Below are positions 1 through 9,102 of a stretch of 38,697 nucleotides of DNA, in pieces. The notes beneath the pieces were generated by a model. That model had not been told where the DNA came from and searched no databases. It was given only the letters and a program-made list of their open reading frames with translations. Numbering within the stretch: the stretch's first letter is position 1; each line of letters starts with the position of its first letter. The DNA is from an uncultured bacterium (GTDB taxonomy: Bacteria > Latescibacterota > UBA2968): NCBI GenBank assembly GCA_964471275.1, contig CAYYGZ010000010.1, forward strand, positions 1 through 38,697. The letters are read 5' to 3'. Both the position numbers and the translations under genes were made by a program.

Positions 1-124
1 AAGGCTGTTCCCTCGGCAACGACCTACACTTCGACTAGCATTCAGTGTGACGGCGCATCCTCGCTGAACGGATCCGGAGTCACAAATAATCCAGACTAAA
101 ACCGTTGATGTATTGCGACTATAC

Positions 125-161
125 AAAAGGCGCCCTCGACTCGTGTTGTAAGGAGGGCGCC
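125..161 (-). terminator. Rho-independent terminator of the polysaccharide operon
   Basis: GGCGCCCTC (129-137) / GAGGGCGCC (153-161) inverted repeat followed by TTTT on the minus strand, 30 nt after the epimerase stop. Confidence 0.8.
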
Positions 162-190
162 CGTAACCGACTTGATCTGTCAGAGATAAA

Positions 191-1165
191 TCAGGATTCG
201 TAATACTCGATGATCTTTCGCAGAGTCATATCCAGACTGACGACGGGCTCGTATCCCGTGAACGAGTTGATCTTCGTCAAATCCGGGACACGGTAATTCA
301 GATCCTCGTAGGAGCCCTTCGCGAATGCCTTGTCGTAGGGAACATACTCGATCGGTGAGTCGCTCTCGGTCAGGTTCTTGATCCGATCGGCAAGCAGCTT
401 GATGCTGATCTCGTTCGTATCCGCATCGCCACCCAGGTTGAAGATCTCACCGGGAGCGTCCGGGTGTTCACCCAGCGCGAGCAATCCATCGACCGCATCT
501 TCGATATCCGTGAAACAGCGTTTCTGCTCACCGTCGTTGTATACGGTGATCGGATGTCCGAGTAACGCTTGTTTGACGAACCTCGGAACCACCATACCGT
601 AGTTCGGTGACTGTCTGGGTCCGATGACATTGAAGAACCGCACGATTACGACGGGAAGCTTCTTCTCCCGCCAGTAGGCCAGCCCCAGCATCTCATCGAC
701 AGCCTTCGACGTCGAGTAGTTCCATCGGGTCACGGTCGTCGGACCGAGAAGTCGGTCGTCATCTTCCGAGAACATGGCCTTCCCGTTTTTCTTCCCCGCG
801 ACTTCGGAGGTGGAGGCAATGACGACGCGTGTCTTCTTCCGGTTTGCCAGTTCGAGGACGATCTCCGTCCCACGAATATTCGTGGTCAACGACGTGAGCG
901 GATTCTCGATCACATAGTTCACGCCAACAGCAGCGGCGAGATGGTAGACGAGATCGGCCTTGTCGAACAAGGGCTCCAGTGCTTCGCGATCCAGGACAGT
1001 TCCCACCTTCAAGTGGAAGTTGGGATTGCCTTCTAGATGGTGGACGTTCTCGAGGTCGCCCGTCGACATATCGTCGAAAACATAGACCTCGTCCCCATCC
1101 CTCAACAACCGTTCAGCCAGATGCGACCCGATGAAGCCCGCACCACCCGTGATCAGAACCCTCAT
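191..1165 (-). CDS. NAD-dependent nucleotide-sugar epimerase/dehydratase (extended SDR)
   Basis: GGAGFIG Rossmann motif, HLAAAVGV, YSTSK (YxxxK), RFFNVIGPRQ. Start set at ATG 1165 with upstream GGGGAAGG; ATG 1225 is an alternative. Confidence 0.92.
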   Translation of the reverse strand: MRVLITGGAGFIGSHLAERLLRDGDEVYVFDDMSTGDLENVHHLEGNPNFHLKVGTVLDREALEPLFDKADLVYHLAAAVGVNYVIENPLTSLTTNIRGTEIVLELANRKKTRVVIASTSEVAGKKNGKAMFSEDDDRLLGPTTVTRWNYSTSKAVDEMLGLAYWREKKLPVVIVRFFNVIGPRQSPNYGMVVPRFVKQALLGHPITVYNDGEQKRCFTDIEDAVDGLLALGEHPDAPGEIFNLGGDADTNEISIKLLADRIKNLTESDSPIEYVPYDKAFAKGSYEDLNYRVPDLTKINSFTGYEPVVSLDMTLRKIIEYYES

Positions 1166-1217
1166 CCGAATCCTTCCCCGCTTTTGCCCTGCGACGGCGA
1201 TGGCCGACGCTTGAAAG

Positions 1218-2279
1218 CTATTCATTCAGAATGTTGACAATGCGATGACTGCTGTGCTCGAGACTGTAGCGCTCGAGCATTCTCTGGCGTCCCGCAGAAC
1301 CCATTCGATCCCGTAATTCACCGTCGTCAATCAGTTCTAGCAAGTGATTTGACCACGCCTCGTCGGAATCCGCAAGGAATCCCGTTTTGCCGTGCGCAAC
1401 GATTTGGCTGTTCACGCCGACAGGACTTGCTACAACGGGCAGCGCCACCGCCCCGTACTGCAGAAGCTTGTAGCCGCCTTTTCCCCGTGTCCAGGGATCG
1501 TCCGGCAGCGGCATCAATCCGATGTCACAGCCGGCAAGATATTCAACTTCGCTGTCGAGCGACCACTCGAACCACTCGACCGGCATCCGGTCCAGCAGGA
1601 ACGGGCGCGCCCCGATCAGCCGCAACCGCACCTGAGGTCGGACCTCGGCGATCCGTTCCAGCGTGTTGCCGATTTCGGCCAGATAAGGCGTCGTCATCGG
1701 GCTACCTACCCATCCGAGAACGACACTGTCACTCCCTGCACGCTTCCGAGGCGCATACCGTTCGGTATCGATCGGCCCGGTGATCGTCTCCACGCGACCA
1801 CAAAACTGTTCGGCATAGGATCGCGTGTAGTCGTTCTCAACGATCGTGACCGCTGATCCCAACAACATCCTCGGAAGACCGGTATGCCGTCGCCAACTGC
1901 TGATCCGACCGAGCAGACCGGCCGGTGCATCGACCGTGAATATCGCATCGTCGAAGTCGTATACGATCTTCCGGCGAGCGCGGCGAAGGAACAGCGCGAC
2001 AGGCGCCGGAAACAGCACCTTCTGAATGACGATACGATCGTACGACCCGAGCGATAGGACACAGCAGAGCCCGACCCACGCCGTCCTGAATAACGAGACA
2101 ACATAGTAGAGGATCCGAGAGGCCGTCCCACGGTGCCCAAAACGGGTTAGCCGATCCGGCAGGACAACCCGGACAGCGGTCTCGATTCCCGCGTTCTCGA
2201 GATAGGGCAGATACTGAAAGACGCGCGTCCTGCTGCTGGCCGCGAGAGGACCGTATTGCGTGACAAAAAGGACTCTCAT
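1218..2279 (-). CDS. Glycosyltransferase family 4 (GT-B)
   Basis: ASSRTRVFQY N-terminus, YDFDDAIF, GWVGS, DIGLMPL...RGKGGYKLLQY...PVVASPVG; RBS GAGGGG. Confidence 0.9.
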   Translation of the reverse strand: MRVLFVTQYGPLAASSRTRVFQYLPYLENAGIETAVRVVLPDRLTRFGHRGTASRILYYVVSLFRTAWVGLCCVLSLGSYDRIVIQKVLFPAPVALFLRRARRKIVYDFDDAIFTVDAPAGLLGRISSWRRHTGLPRMLLGSAVTIVENDYTRSYAEQFCGRVETITGPIDTERYAPRKRAGSDSVVLGWVGSPMTTPYLAEIGNTLERIAEVRPQVRLRLIGARPFLLDRMPVEWFEWSLDSEVEYLAGCDIGLMPLPDDPWTRGKGGYKLLQYGAVALPVVASPVGVNSQIVAHGKTGFLADSDEAWSNHLLELIDDGELRDRMGSAGRQRMLERYSLEHSSHRIVNILNE

Positions 2280-2298
2280 GACCCCTCAAAACCGAATT

Positions 2299-2327
2299 AA
2301 TATAGTTCCGGGAATACTGAAAAGCAA
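2299..2327 (-). promoter_or_regulatory. Putative sigma70 promoter internal to the polysaccharide cluster
   Basis: Minus strand TTGCTT-17 nt-TATATT just upstream of the GT4 RBS in an AT-rich intergenic gap. Confidence 0.6.
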
Positions 2328-2361
2328 CTTGAAAGCCGAATCGCGTAGGTCCCGGAAAACG

Positions 2362-2377
2362 CGTGATTTACGTCACA
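2362..2377. promoter_or_regulatory. CRP/FNR-family-like operator
   Basis: CGTGA-TTTACG-TCACA with AT-rich flanks; 9/10 match to TGTGA-N6-TCACA. Confidence 0.5.
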
Positions 2378-2436
2378 ATTCACTGCCATTCGACAGCCGG
2401 CGACAGGAGTATTTTCAGCTGCCTCACACCCACTGG

Positions 2437-3930
2437 CTACAGGTCTCCCTCAGGATCGGATCTGCCCCCATCGCCGCTGATCCAGCGCCGAATATCGACA
2501 AGCAGAGGTTGCTCCAACCGAAAGACGAGGAGGGCGTATGCCGTCCCACCCAGGCTGACCAGGAAAAACAGCTTATGAAGCGGCTGGATCAGGATGCCCG
2601 CCGTACCAAACTGCGCAAGCGACACCAGGATCCCCATCACGGTCCCCGCAAAGACCGTTGAAGCGACGGCGCGCAGCATCGATCCCAACCCGAGCGGTAG
2701 AATCCTTCCGAGCAGGTAGTGACCCGCCCAGAACGCCAGAACGCTGCTGACAACGTAAGCCAGCGCGACTCCCTGCAGACCCCACTGCAACGACCAACAG
2801 AACAGAACCGCATTCAGCACCAGCCGGGACCCATTGAGCCCGAAACCGATATCGGGTCTGCCCTTCGCGAGAAACGCGGATCCGAGAGGATTCGCGAGGC
2901 ACTTGAGCATCGAAACAGGCACGAGGATCTGGGCCAGCTGGATGGTGGAAAGGAAGTCGGATTCCTCCCATTCTGTCCCGAGGTAGACACGAAAGAACGA
3001 TGGTGCGACGACCGCCATCCCGATCAGCAGGGGAACCGAGACAAAGGCAACCAGCTTCGTAATCCGCACGTATCCTCGACAGATGACTGAATCCTCCTCC
3101 TGTACTTTGGAGAAGAGAGGGAAGGCCACCCGTGTCAGCACGGGATTCAGACGAACCATCGGTTGCACAACGACCTGGTAGGCGATGTAGTACGGTCCGA
3201 GTGCTGCAGGACCAAGAAAACGACCGATGATCACGAAATCCAAGTTGGCTGCGAGATAGTTGACGAATCTCTCGCCGGTCTGGTAGGCCCCGAAGGACAG
3301 AAACGGCTTCGTTTCGACCAGACTGAAGTGAAGTGACGGTCGCCATACGCCCTGCACGACGATCAACAAACCAGAGAGTCGGACAATCCCTGAAACAAGC
3401 AGACCCAGCAGGGGTGCCTGCGCCCCCAGACCACCCATCGCACATGAAACGGCAGTGGTCACTCCCAGAACCGCGGAGACGACATCGACCTTGGACAGAC
3501 GATCGAAGGCCAGTTCTTTCTGAAGGACAGCAAGGGGCACCTGACCGACACCGAACACGATCACGAACAGCGAGGCAATCTTGAGAAGCGACACGAGCTC
3601 TGGCGCACCGTAAAAGGCGGCAACCCAATCGGAAGTGATCCAGACGAGAAACCCGCACGCGAGCGAGATCCCGGCGACAAACCAGAACAGGGCGGAAATC
3701 GTCCTGCCGTCTACCCGCTCACGCTGAACCAGCGCGGGCGAGAGCCCGACATCGACAAAGGCGAGCGCGATCCCCACAACGACCATCGCTTCTGCAAACA
3801 GCCCGAATGCCTCTGCCGACAGGTAGCGAGCCAGGACCGCCATCTGCGCAAACTGCAGCACCATCCCGAATGCGGTCGATCCACCCGTCCACTTAACACC
3901 GGAGATCGCCTGTTGTCGGAAATCGTTCAC
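2437..3930 (-). CDS. wzx: Wzx/MOP-family polysaccharide flippase (WzxC-like)
   Basis: About 12-14 hydrophobic segments; GVKWT...LARYLSAEAFG, DVGLSPALVQ, NLDFVIIGRFLGPAALGPY, RVAFPLFSK; GTGA overlap with the upstream gene. Confidence 0.88.
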   Translation of the reverse strand: MNDFRQQAISGVKWTGGSTAFGMVLQFAQMAVLARYLSAEAFGLFAEAMVVVGIALAFVDVGLSPALVQRERVDGRTISALFWFVAGISLACGFLVWITSDWVAAFYGAPELVSLLKIASLFVIVFGVGQVPLAVLQKELAFDRLSKVDVVSAVLGVTTAVSCAMGGLGAQAPLLGLLVSGIVRLSGLLIVVQGVWRPSLHFSLVETKPFLSFGAYQTGERFVNYLAANLDFVIIGRFLGPAALGPYYIAYQVVVQPMVRLNPVLTRVAFPLFSKVQEEDSVICRGYVRITKLVAFVSVPLLIGMAVVAPSFFRVYLGTEWEESDFLSTIQLAQILVPVSMLKCLANPLGSAFLAKGRPDIGFGLNGSRLVLNAVLFCWSLQWGLQGVALAYVVSSVLAFWAGHYLLGRILPLGLGSMLRAVASTVFAGTVMGILVSLAQFGTAGILIQPLHKLFFLVSLGGTAYALLVFRLEQPLLVDIRRWISGDGGRSDPEGDL

Positions 3931-5615
3931 TCAGAAGTCATTCGAGGAGGATGCCGCTCGTCGACGGGCTTGTGCGCGATCATCAGGTGGTTCCACGCGT
4001 CTCCCTCCACCCGGTGAAAGTGGTCCAGTACGAGCGCCACGGCCTGAGTCGTGTAGTTCAGCAAGCCGACAAGCGGCCGGAGCGGACCCCGATCGAATCG
4101 TTCGAGGACGTAGCAGAAGCGGGAACCGAAAGTCACCCAGAAACCCGCAAGTGCTTCGATCGAGGCAACCTGGAATCCGGCCTTCTCCGCCAAGTGTCTC
4201 AGACCGTAAGGCGTGAACCTGAAATAGTCCTCCGGCTCCTCGTGGATCCCCCAGATGTGCGGGGCCGAGACAATGGCTGTGCCCCCGGACTTCAGGATTC
4301 GAGACATCTCGCGAAGCGCCTCTCCCGGCTCCCTGAGGTGCTCGATCACCTGGTTGCTCAACACCATATCCGCGCTTTCGGATGCCACGGGCAGGCGTTC
4401 TGAATCGGACACAACATCGACCTTGCCGTGTGCATACCGACCAGGATTCAGGTCGATACCCACATACAGATCGACTTGACGGATCAGCGCAGATTCGTAA
4501 GGTCGGCTCCCGCAGCCAACGTCGACCAGAACACCGCGTGCGTGCTGAGCGACCTCGATGACTCTCCTGCGCAGGATCCGGTGAACAAGCCAGTTTTTGT
4601 CGAACACGGAACCGGGTCGGCCATCCAGCCCATCCCCGGACATATCGACGCGCGAGATCCGGATACCCGTGATCACAAGCAGAATGAAGCCGATCCCAAA
4701 CGCCCACAGGGCAACAAGATCGCCTGACACCCACCCGAGTATGCCGCCCACTGCGAGCGACGCCGCCAGGACATACATCCGCAGGACCGCCCATTTGAGC
4801 GGGATACCGGAATGAATCAGACGTTGTGTGGGATGATCGTAAGTCGAGACGGAGGGGATCACAGCCTTTGCTAGCCGGATCAGGATCAGGAACAGGGCTT
4901 CAAAACACGGGACGGCAACAAGAAGGAGTCCCGTGGTGATGCCGTGGACCCCGCCGACTCGGAAGGCGACCTGGATCGCGGCCTCCCCCATCACAAATCC
5001 GATCAGAAGCGACCCCGTATCCCCCATGTAGACGCGAGCAGGATAGAAGTTGTAGAAGAGGTAGGCGGCGAGTGACGCGGCAAGCAGAAGACACAGCGTC
5101 GGCAGACCCGGTAGATCCATCCCAAAACCGATGATGGCGAGACAACCAAGCGAAATGACGGCGACCCCTCCCGTAAGCCCATCCACTGCGTCGAGTACGT
5201 TGAAGGCGTTGCACATCCAGAGCAGCCAGAGCACGTGGATGACCGCATCCATGGTGGCGTTTCCGGTCCATTGCAGTGGATCGCCCAACCAGACGGACAC
5301 CGCGAGCGCCACGATCAACAGAATCGTCTTCCCTCTCGCCGACCGTGCACTCAAGTCGTCAAACCCGCCGATCAGCCAGACGGCGACTGCCCCTGTCACC
5401 ACGCTCGGAGAAAGCGACGCGGAGGTCAGTGAGACGCCCAGCGCTGCAGTGATCGCGAATACCGTCCCGCCTACGGGCGGAACCTTCTCAGCAAAGCGAC
5501 CCGAACGCAGAGCAAGAGCCCGCGCGGCGGGAATCAGAATGAGAGAGAGAAGAAAGGAAGCGACAATCCCGGGTGCGGGAAGGGCAGTGAGCAAGCTGGT
5601 CAGCGCGCTCGACAC
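3927..5615 (-). CDS. Fusion: MraY/WecA-family polyprenyl-phosphate sugar-1-phosphate transferase + class I SAM methyltransferase
   Basis: N-half multi-TM with GGFDDL, NAFNVLDAVDGL, YMGDTGS; C-half VDVGCGSRPY, NQVIEHL, HEEPEDYFRFTPYGL. Start uncertain (GTG 5615 chosen). Confidence 0.82.
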   Translation of the reverse strand: MSSALTSLLTALPAPGIVASFLLSLILIPAARALALRSGRFAEKVPPVGGTVFAITAALGVSLTSASLSPSVVTGAVAVWLIGGFDDLSARSARGKTILLIVALAVSVWLGDPLQWTGNATMDAVIHVLWLLWMCNAFNVLDAVDGLTGGVAVISLGCLAIIGFGMDLPGLPTLCLLLAASLAAYLFYNFYPARVYMGDTGSLLIGFVMGEAAIQVAFRVGGVHGITTGLLLVAVPCFEALFLILIRLAKAVIPSVSTYDHPTQRLIHSGIPLKWAVLRMYVLAASLAVGGILGWVSGDLVALWAFGIGFILLVITGIRISRVDMSGDGLDGRPGSVFDKNWLVHRILRRRVIEVAQHARGVLVDVGCGSRPYESALIRQVDLYVGIDLNPGRYAHGKVDVVSDSERLPVASESADMVLSNQVIEHLREPGEALREMSRILKSGGTAIVSAPHIWGIHEEPEDYFRFTPYGLRHLAEKAGFQVASIEALAGFWVTFGSRFCYVLERFDRGPLRPLVGLLNYTTQAVALVLDHFHRVEGDAWNHLMIAHKPVDERHPPRMTSE

Positions 5616-5628
5616 GTTGGCTGGGCCG

Positions 5629-6756
5629 TCAGGAAGAGGAGGAAGGTTTGAAGTCCCGGACGGCGCTGATGACCTGCAGCACATCATCATTCGTCATCGC
5701 CGGGAACATCGGAAGCGTGACCATCTGCGTCCAGAGCGATTCAGTCACCGGTAGCGACCGACGGTAGGGCTCATAGACCGAATAGAGATGATTCGGTCGG
5801 TAGTGAACGCCGGCGTCGATCCCGTGATCGGCGAGATGCTCGATCATCCGATCCCGGTCTTCGGCCAGAATAACGAAAGCGTGGTGTGCGCTCTTCGCGT
5901 ACTCCTTCTCCTCAAGCGGTCGGATCCAGACCAGGTCCTTGAAAGCGTTACGATACTGGACAGCGACCTCCCGACGGGCGGCGTTCGTCGACTCGAGTTT
6001 TGCGAGCTGTACGATCCCGATGGCCGCATTCAGGTCGTTCATGTGGAACTTGTAGCCGACCTCCTCGATATCGTATTCCCAGGCGCGAGCGCGCCCGTTG
6101 CGCCGAAACCGGTCGTAGGTGCTGCGCGAGATCCCCATCCATCGCAGATTCTTGATCCGCTCCGCAATCTGCTCGTCGTCGGTCGTCAGCATCCCGCCGT
6201 CACCGGTACTCATGTTCTTTAGCGCGTGGAAACTGAAGCAGCCGACCGTACCGAGCGACCCGGCCATCTTACCCTTATAGAGTGCGCCTGCCGCGTGCGC
6301 AGCGTCCTCGATCACCGGGATATTCTTCGCATCTGCGATCTCCCGAATCGGGTCCATGTCACACGGGTGTCCGCCGTGATGCACCACCACGATCGCGGCC
6401 GTTTCATCGGTCACGCGGTCGGAGATCGATGCGGGATCGATATTCAGCGTATCGGCTTCGATATCTGCGAAGACGGGAATTCCGCCGTTCTGCAAGATCG
6501 CGTGATTCGTCGACACGAACGTCTGCGCCGTCGTCACCACTTCGCGATCCTCGACACCGATCACCTTCATCGCAGCGAACAGTGCCGATGAGCACGAGTT
6601 CATGCTGAGTGCATAGAGCGTGCCCACATACTCGGCGAACTTCTGCTCGAGCGTCTCCACCTTCTGTCCCGGACCAACCCACCCGGACATCAGCACTTCG
6701 CGAACGGCATCCACCTCTTCTTCATCGAAGCACGGACGGAAAACAGGAATACTCAT
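5629..6756 (-). CDS. DegT/DnrJ/EryC1/StrS PLP-dependent sugar aminotransferase
   Basis: IEDAAHAAG, CFSFHALKNMSTGDGGML (PLP lysine), GYKFHMNDLNAAIG. Confidence 0.93.
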   Translation of the reverse strand: MSIPVFRPCFDEEEVDAVREVLMSGWVGPGQKVETLEQKFAEYVGTLYALSMNSCSSALFAAMKVIGVEDREVVTTAQTFVSTNHAILQNGGIPVFADIEADTLNIDPASISDRVTDETAAIVVVHHGGHPCDMDPIREIADAKNIPVIEDAAHAAGALYKGKMAGSLGTVGCFSFHALKNMSTGDGGMLTTDDEQIAERIKNLRWMGISRSTYDRFRRNGRARAWEYDIEEVGYKFHMNDLNAAIGIVQLAKLESTNAARREVAVQYRNAFKDLVWIRPLEEKEYAKSAHHAFVILAEDRDRMIEHLADHGIDAGVHYRPNHLYSVYEPYRRSLPVTESLWTQMVTLPMFPAMTNDDVLQVISAVRDFKPSSSS

Positions 6757-6768
6757 CGAATCTCCAGG

Positions 6769-7701
6769 TCAGAGTGCAGATCCGCGGAACCGATCCGGTG
6801 AAAAAGACAGATTCTCGCCAAGCAGCTGCCGATAGGCACGAAGCCTCAAATGCGCGGCCGTCCGCCGGCTGGGCAACAGGCCCGCAAGGACCCACCCGAT
6901 CGATCGCAGGGCGAGCTCGAGAGGCGTCAACCACGCCAAAAGGCGAGCGGACAGCGGGCCGAAATGGCGAGCCGTGAAGTATCGGTAACTCCGGTCACTC
7001 GCGACAAGCATACGATCGAATGCTTGGGCGGAGCTGTGACCGCCGATATGATGTGCCAGTGCGGCCGGAACATAATGGACAGACCAGCCTGCGGTCTTGA
7101 GCCGGAGGCAGATATCCACATCCTCGAAATACATAAAAATGGCCTTATCAAACCCGTCTACGGCAGAGAATGCCTCGCGGCGACCCACCATACACGCACC
7201 GGTCACCCAGTCGACTTCAGACGGCTCAACAGGCCTCACTCGGCGAAATCTAAAGAACGGAAATACCAGATGCAACAGCAATTTACGGCAGATTGCGTCG
7301 CTGAGCCTTGGTTGGTAGCCGCACGTCGCCAAATCGCGGCCCTCTGAGTCCTCGAGCCGAGGACCGGTGATTCCCGCGCGCGGTGAGGACGCGAGATGCT
7401 TGATCATCTGCTCGAAGGCATCCGGCCGCATAAACACGTCCGGGTTCATCACGGCGACATATTCTGTCTCGGCCTGCACGATCCCCGCGTTCGCACCCCG
7501 GCCGAACCCGAGGTTCTCCCCCGTCTGGATGATCTGTATGCCGCTCTCTTCCTCCAGCCCATCCACACTCCCGTCCGACGAGTCGTTGTCGACGATCAGG
7601 ATACGCGACACGAGATGCGACGCCTGCACGGAGCGTACGCACTCCAGCAGCCGGTCTCCCCCGTTCCAGTTCACGATGACTACGGTGAGGATATCGCTCA
7701 T
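6769..7701 (-). CDS. Glycosyltransferase family 2 (rhamnosyltransferase-like)
   Basis: VVIVNWN, VDNDSSDGS, ENLGFGRGAN, MNPD, WVTGACM, FMYFEDVDIC. Confidence 0.92.
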   Translation of the reverse strand: MSDILTVVIVNWNGGDRLLECVRSVQASHLVSRILIVDNDSSDGSVDGLEEESGIQIIQTGENLGFGRGANAGIVQAETEYVAVMNPDVFMRPDAFEQMIKHLASSPRAGITGPRLEDSEGRDLATCGYQPRLSDAICRKLLLHLVFPFFRFRRVRPVEPSEVDWVTGACMVGRREAFSAVDGFDKAIFMYFEDVDICLRLKTAGWSVHYVPAALAHHIGGHSSAQAFDRMLVASDRSYRYFTARHFGPLSARLLAWLTPLELALRSIGWVLAGLLPSRRTAAHLRLRAYRQLLGENLSFSPDRFRGSAL

Positions 7702-9098
7702 TTCTCGATCTCCGCAGCCAGCCGTGAGAGGATCCCGAGAGCAGCCGCGTGGATGAAGATCAGCCGAGTCGTGATCAGAGTGGCGTCGCCCATTCCATAC
7801 ATAAGCATTGCGGTATAGACAGCGAAGAAGCCGGCGGCGTAGAACCTTACGCCGTCATCCGGAGACGTCTGGAAGAGACGGTAGGCCAACCGCATTCCGC
7901 GTGCATAGATCCACAGAAACGCGAGCAGCCCCACGATTCCCATCCGTAGAAGCAGGGTCAGATACACGTTGTCGACGTGGCCCAGCGTCGCGATATGCGG
8001 GATCTCGGTCATGATCACCGGGAACGTCACGGTCTCGCCGTGCCCGCCACCGAGAACAGGGCGTCGCGCGATCTTGGTCACTGCGACCCGGTATGAGATC
8101 AACCGGCTCGAGATCGATCTGTCTTCGTCGAACGTCTGTACCCGGCCCAGCCTCCGGGTTGCAACTGCGCCTACCCCGGTATCGGCGAGGGTCTCGAAGG
8201 TAGACCCGATGACCAGAACGATGACCGGCACAAACAGGAGCGACCACCCGCCGCGGAGTCCGACACGCTGGCGATCACGAATAAACAGGAAGGCGAGCGC
8301 AAGAAAGCCGGCGGTCGCCGAGATCCACATGCCGCGTCCCACGGTCAGGATAAAAGCGAGCGCGATCGGCACCAGAGCGATCGCCCCGATTAGACGGCCG
8401 TGTCTGCCGGGCGCATAGAGCCAGAGTGCGGCAACCAGCAGCGTGCCAACGGGGAGAAGCAAGCCCTCCGTGCGGGCGACACGATGGAACTGACCCGAAA
8501 TCGACAGGTTGAGTTCTGACAGGAACTCAACCAGATACTCGAGACCGACCACCGCGGCGATCAGAACGATCACATAGTGGAAACCGGCCTGGCGACCCCG
8601 CTCGAAGAATGCGGTAACGATGAAGAACAGACCATAATAGAGCGGGTAGCGCACATCGCGCAGCAGCTGCGATGTCGAGTGTCCGAGATACAGACCGATC
8701 GCGCAAGAGGAGATCACAAGCAACAGGAACACCGTCACAGGCCGGTCGAGCGGCGTCTGAGGCAGAACGACACGATCCTTGAGCACACTCAGGAGCGCAA
8801 AGAACATGACCCCAATGAACAGCCCCTCCGCGAACTTGAAATCCATCGGTAGAAGCAGGTGCTCGTTCGAGAGATACCCCGGGATGACCGTGGAGGCGAA
8901 GATCAGGAAGAGCGTAGCCCGGTAGACCGAGCTCGTGACGACAAAGAGCGAGAGCACACCCAGAACCACGAGCGCGATACCGGCCTGCCCGACAAACGGG
9001 ACGGGCAACACCAGCAGCCCCACCTGCAGACCGCAGAAGAGAGCGACAAGGCCCCTGTTGCGCGGCGTGATCTGGTCCAGCCAGGGAGACGCAGTCAT
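7698..9098 (-). CDS. O-antigen ligase/polymerase (Wzy_C/WaaL-like) membrane protein
   Basis: Multi-TM; TVGRGMW, SISSRL...RPVLGGGHG, HVDNVYL...MGIVGL. Start at ATG 9098 with GGAGG RBS. Confidence 0.85.
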   Translation of the reverse strand: MTASPWLDQITPRNRGLVALFCGLQVGLLVLPVPFVGQAGIALVVLGVLSLFVVTSSVYRATLFLIFASTVIPGYLSNEHLLLPMDFKFAEGLFIGVMFFALLSVLKDRVVLPQTPLDRPVTVFLLLVISSCAIGLYLGHSTSQLLRDVRYPLYYGLFFIVTAFFERGRQAGFHYVIVLIAAVVGLEYLVEFLSELNLSISGQFHRVARTEGLLLPVGTLLVAALWLYAPGRHGRLIGAIALVPIALAFILTVGRGMWISATAGFLALAFLFIRDRQRVGLRGGWSLLFVPVIVLVIGSTFETLADTGVGAVATRRLGRVQTFDEDRSISSRLISYRVAVTKIARRPVLGGGHGETVTFPVIMTEIPHIATLGHVDNVYLTLLLRMGIVGLLAFLWIYARGMRLAYRLFQTSPDDGVRFYAAGFFAVYTAMLMYGMGDATLITTRLIFIHAAALGILSRLAAEIEK

Positions 9099-9102
9099 AC
9101 GC

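Noticed and set aside
2573..4794. Long Arg-rich alternative-frame ORFs inside wzx and the WecA-methyltransferase fusion
   Set aside because: Off-frame, low-complexity translations expected at high GC; the main frames are intact, so no frameshift is needed
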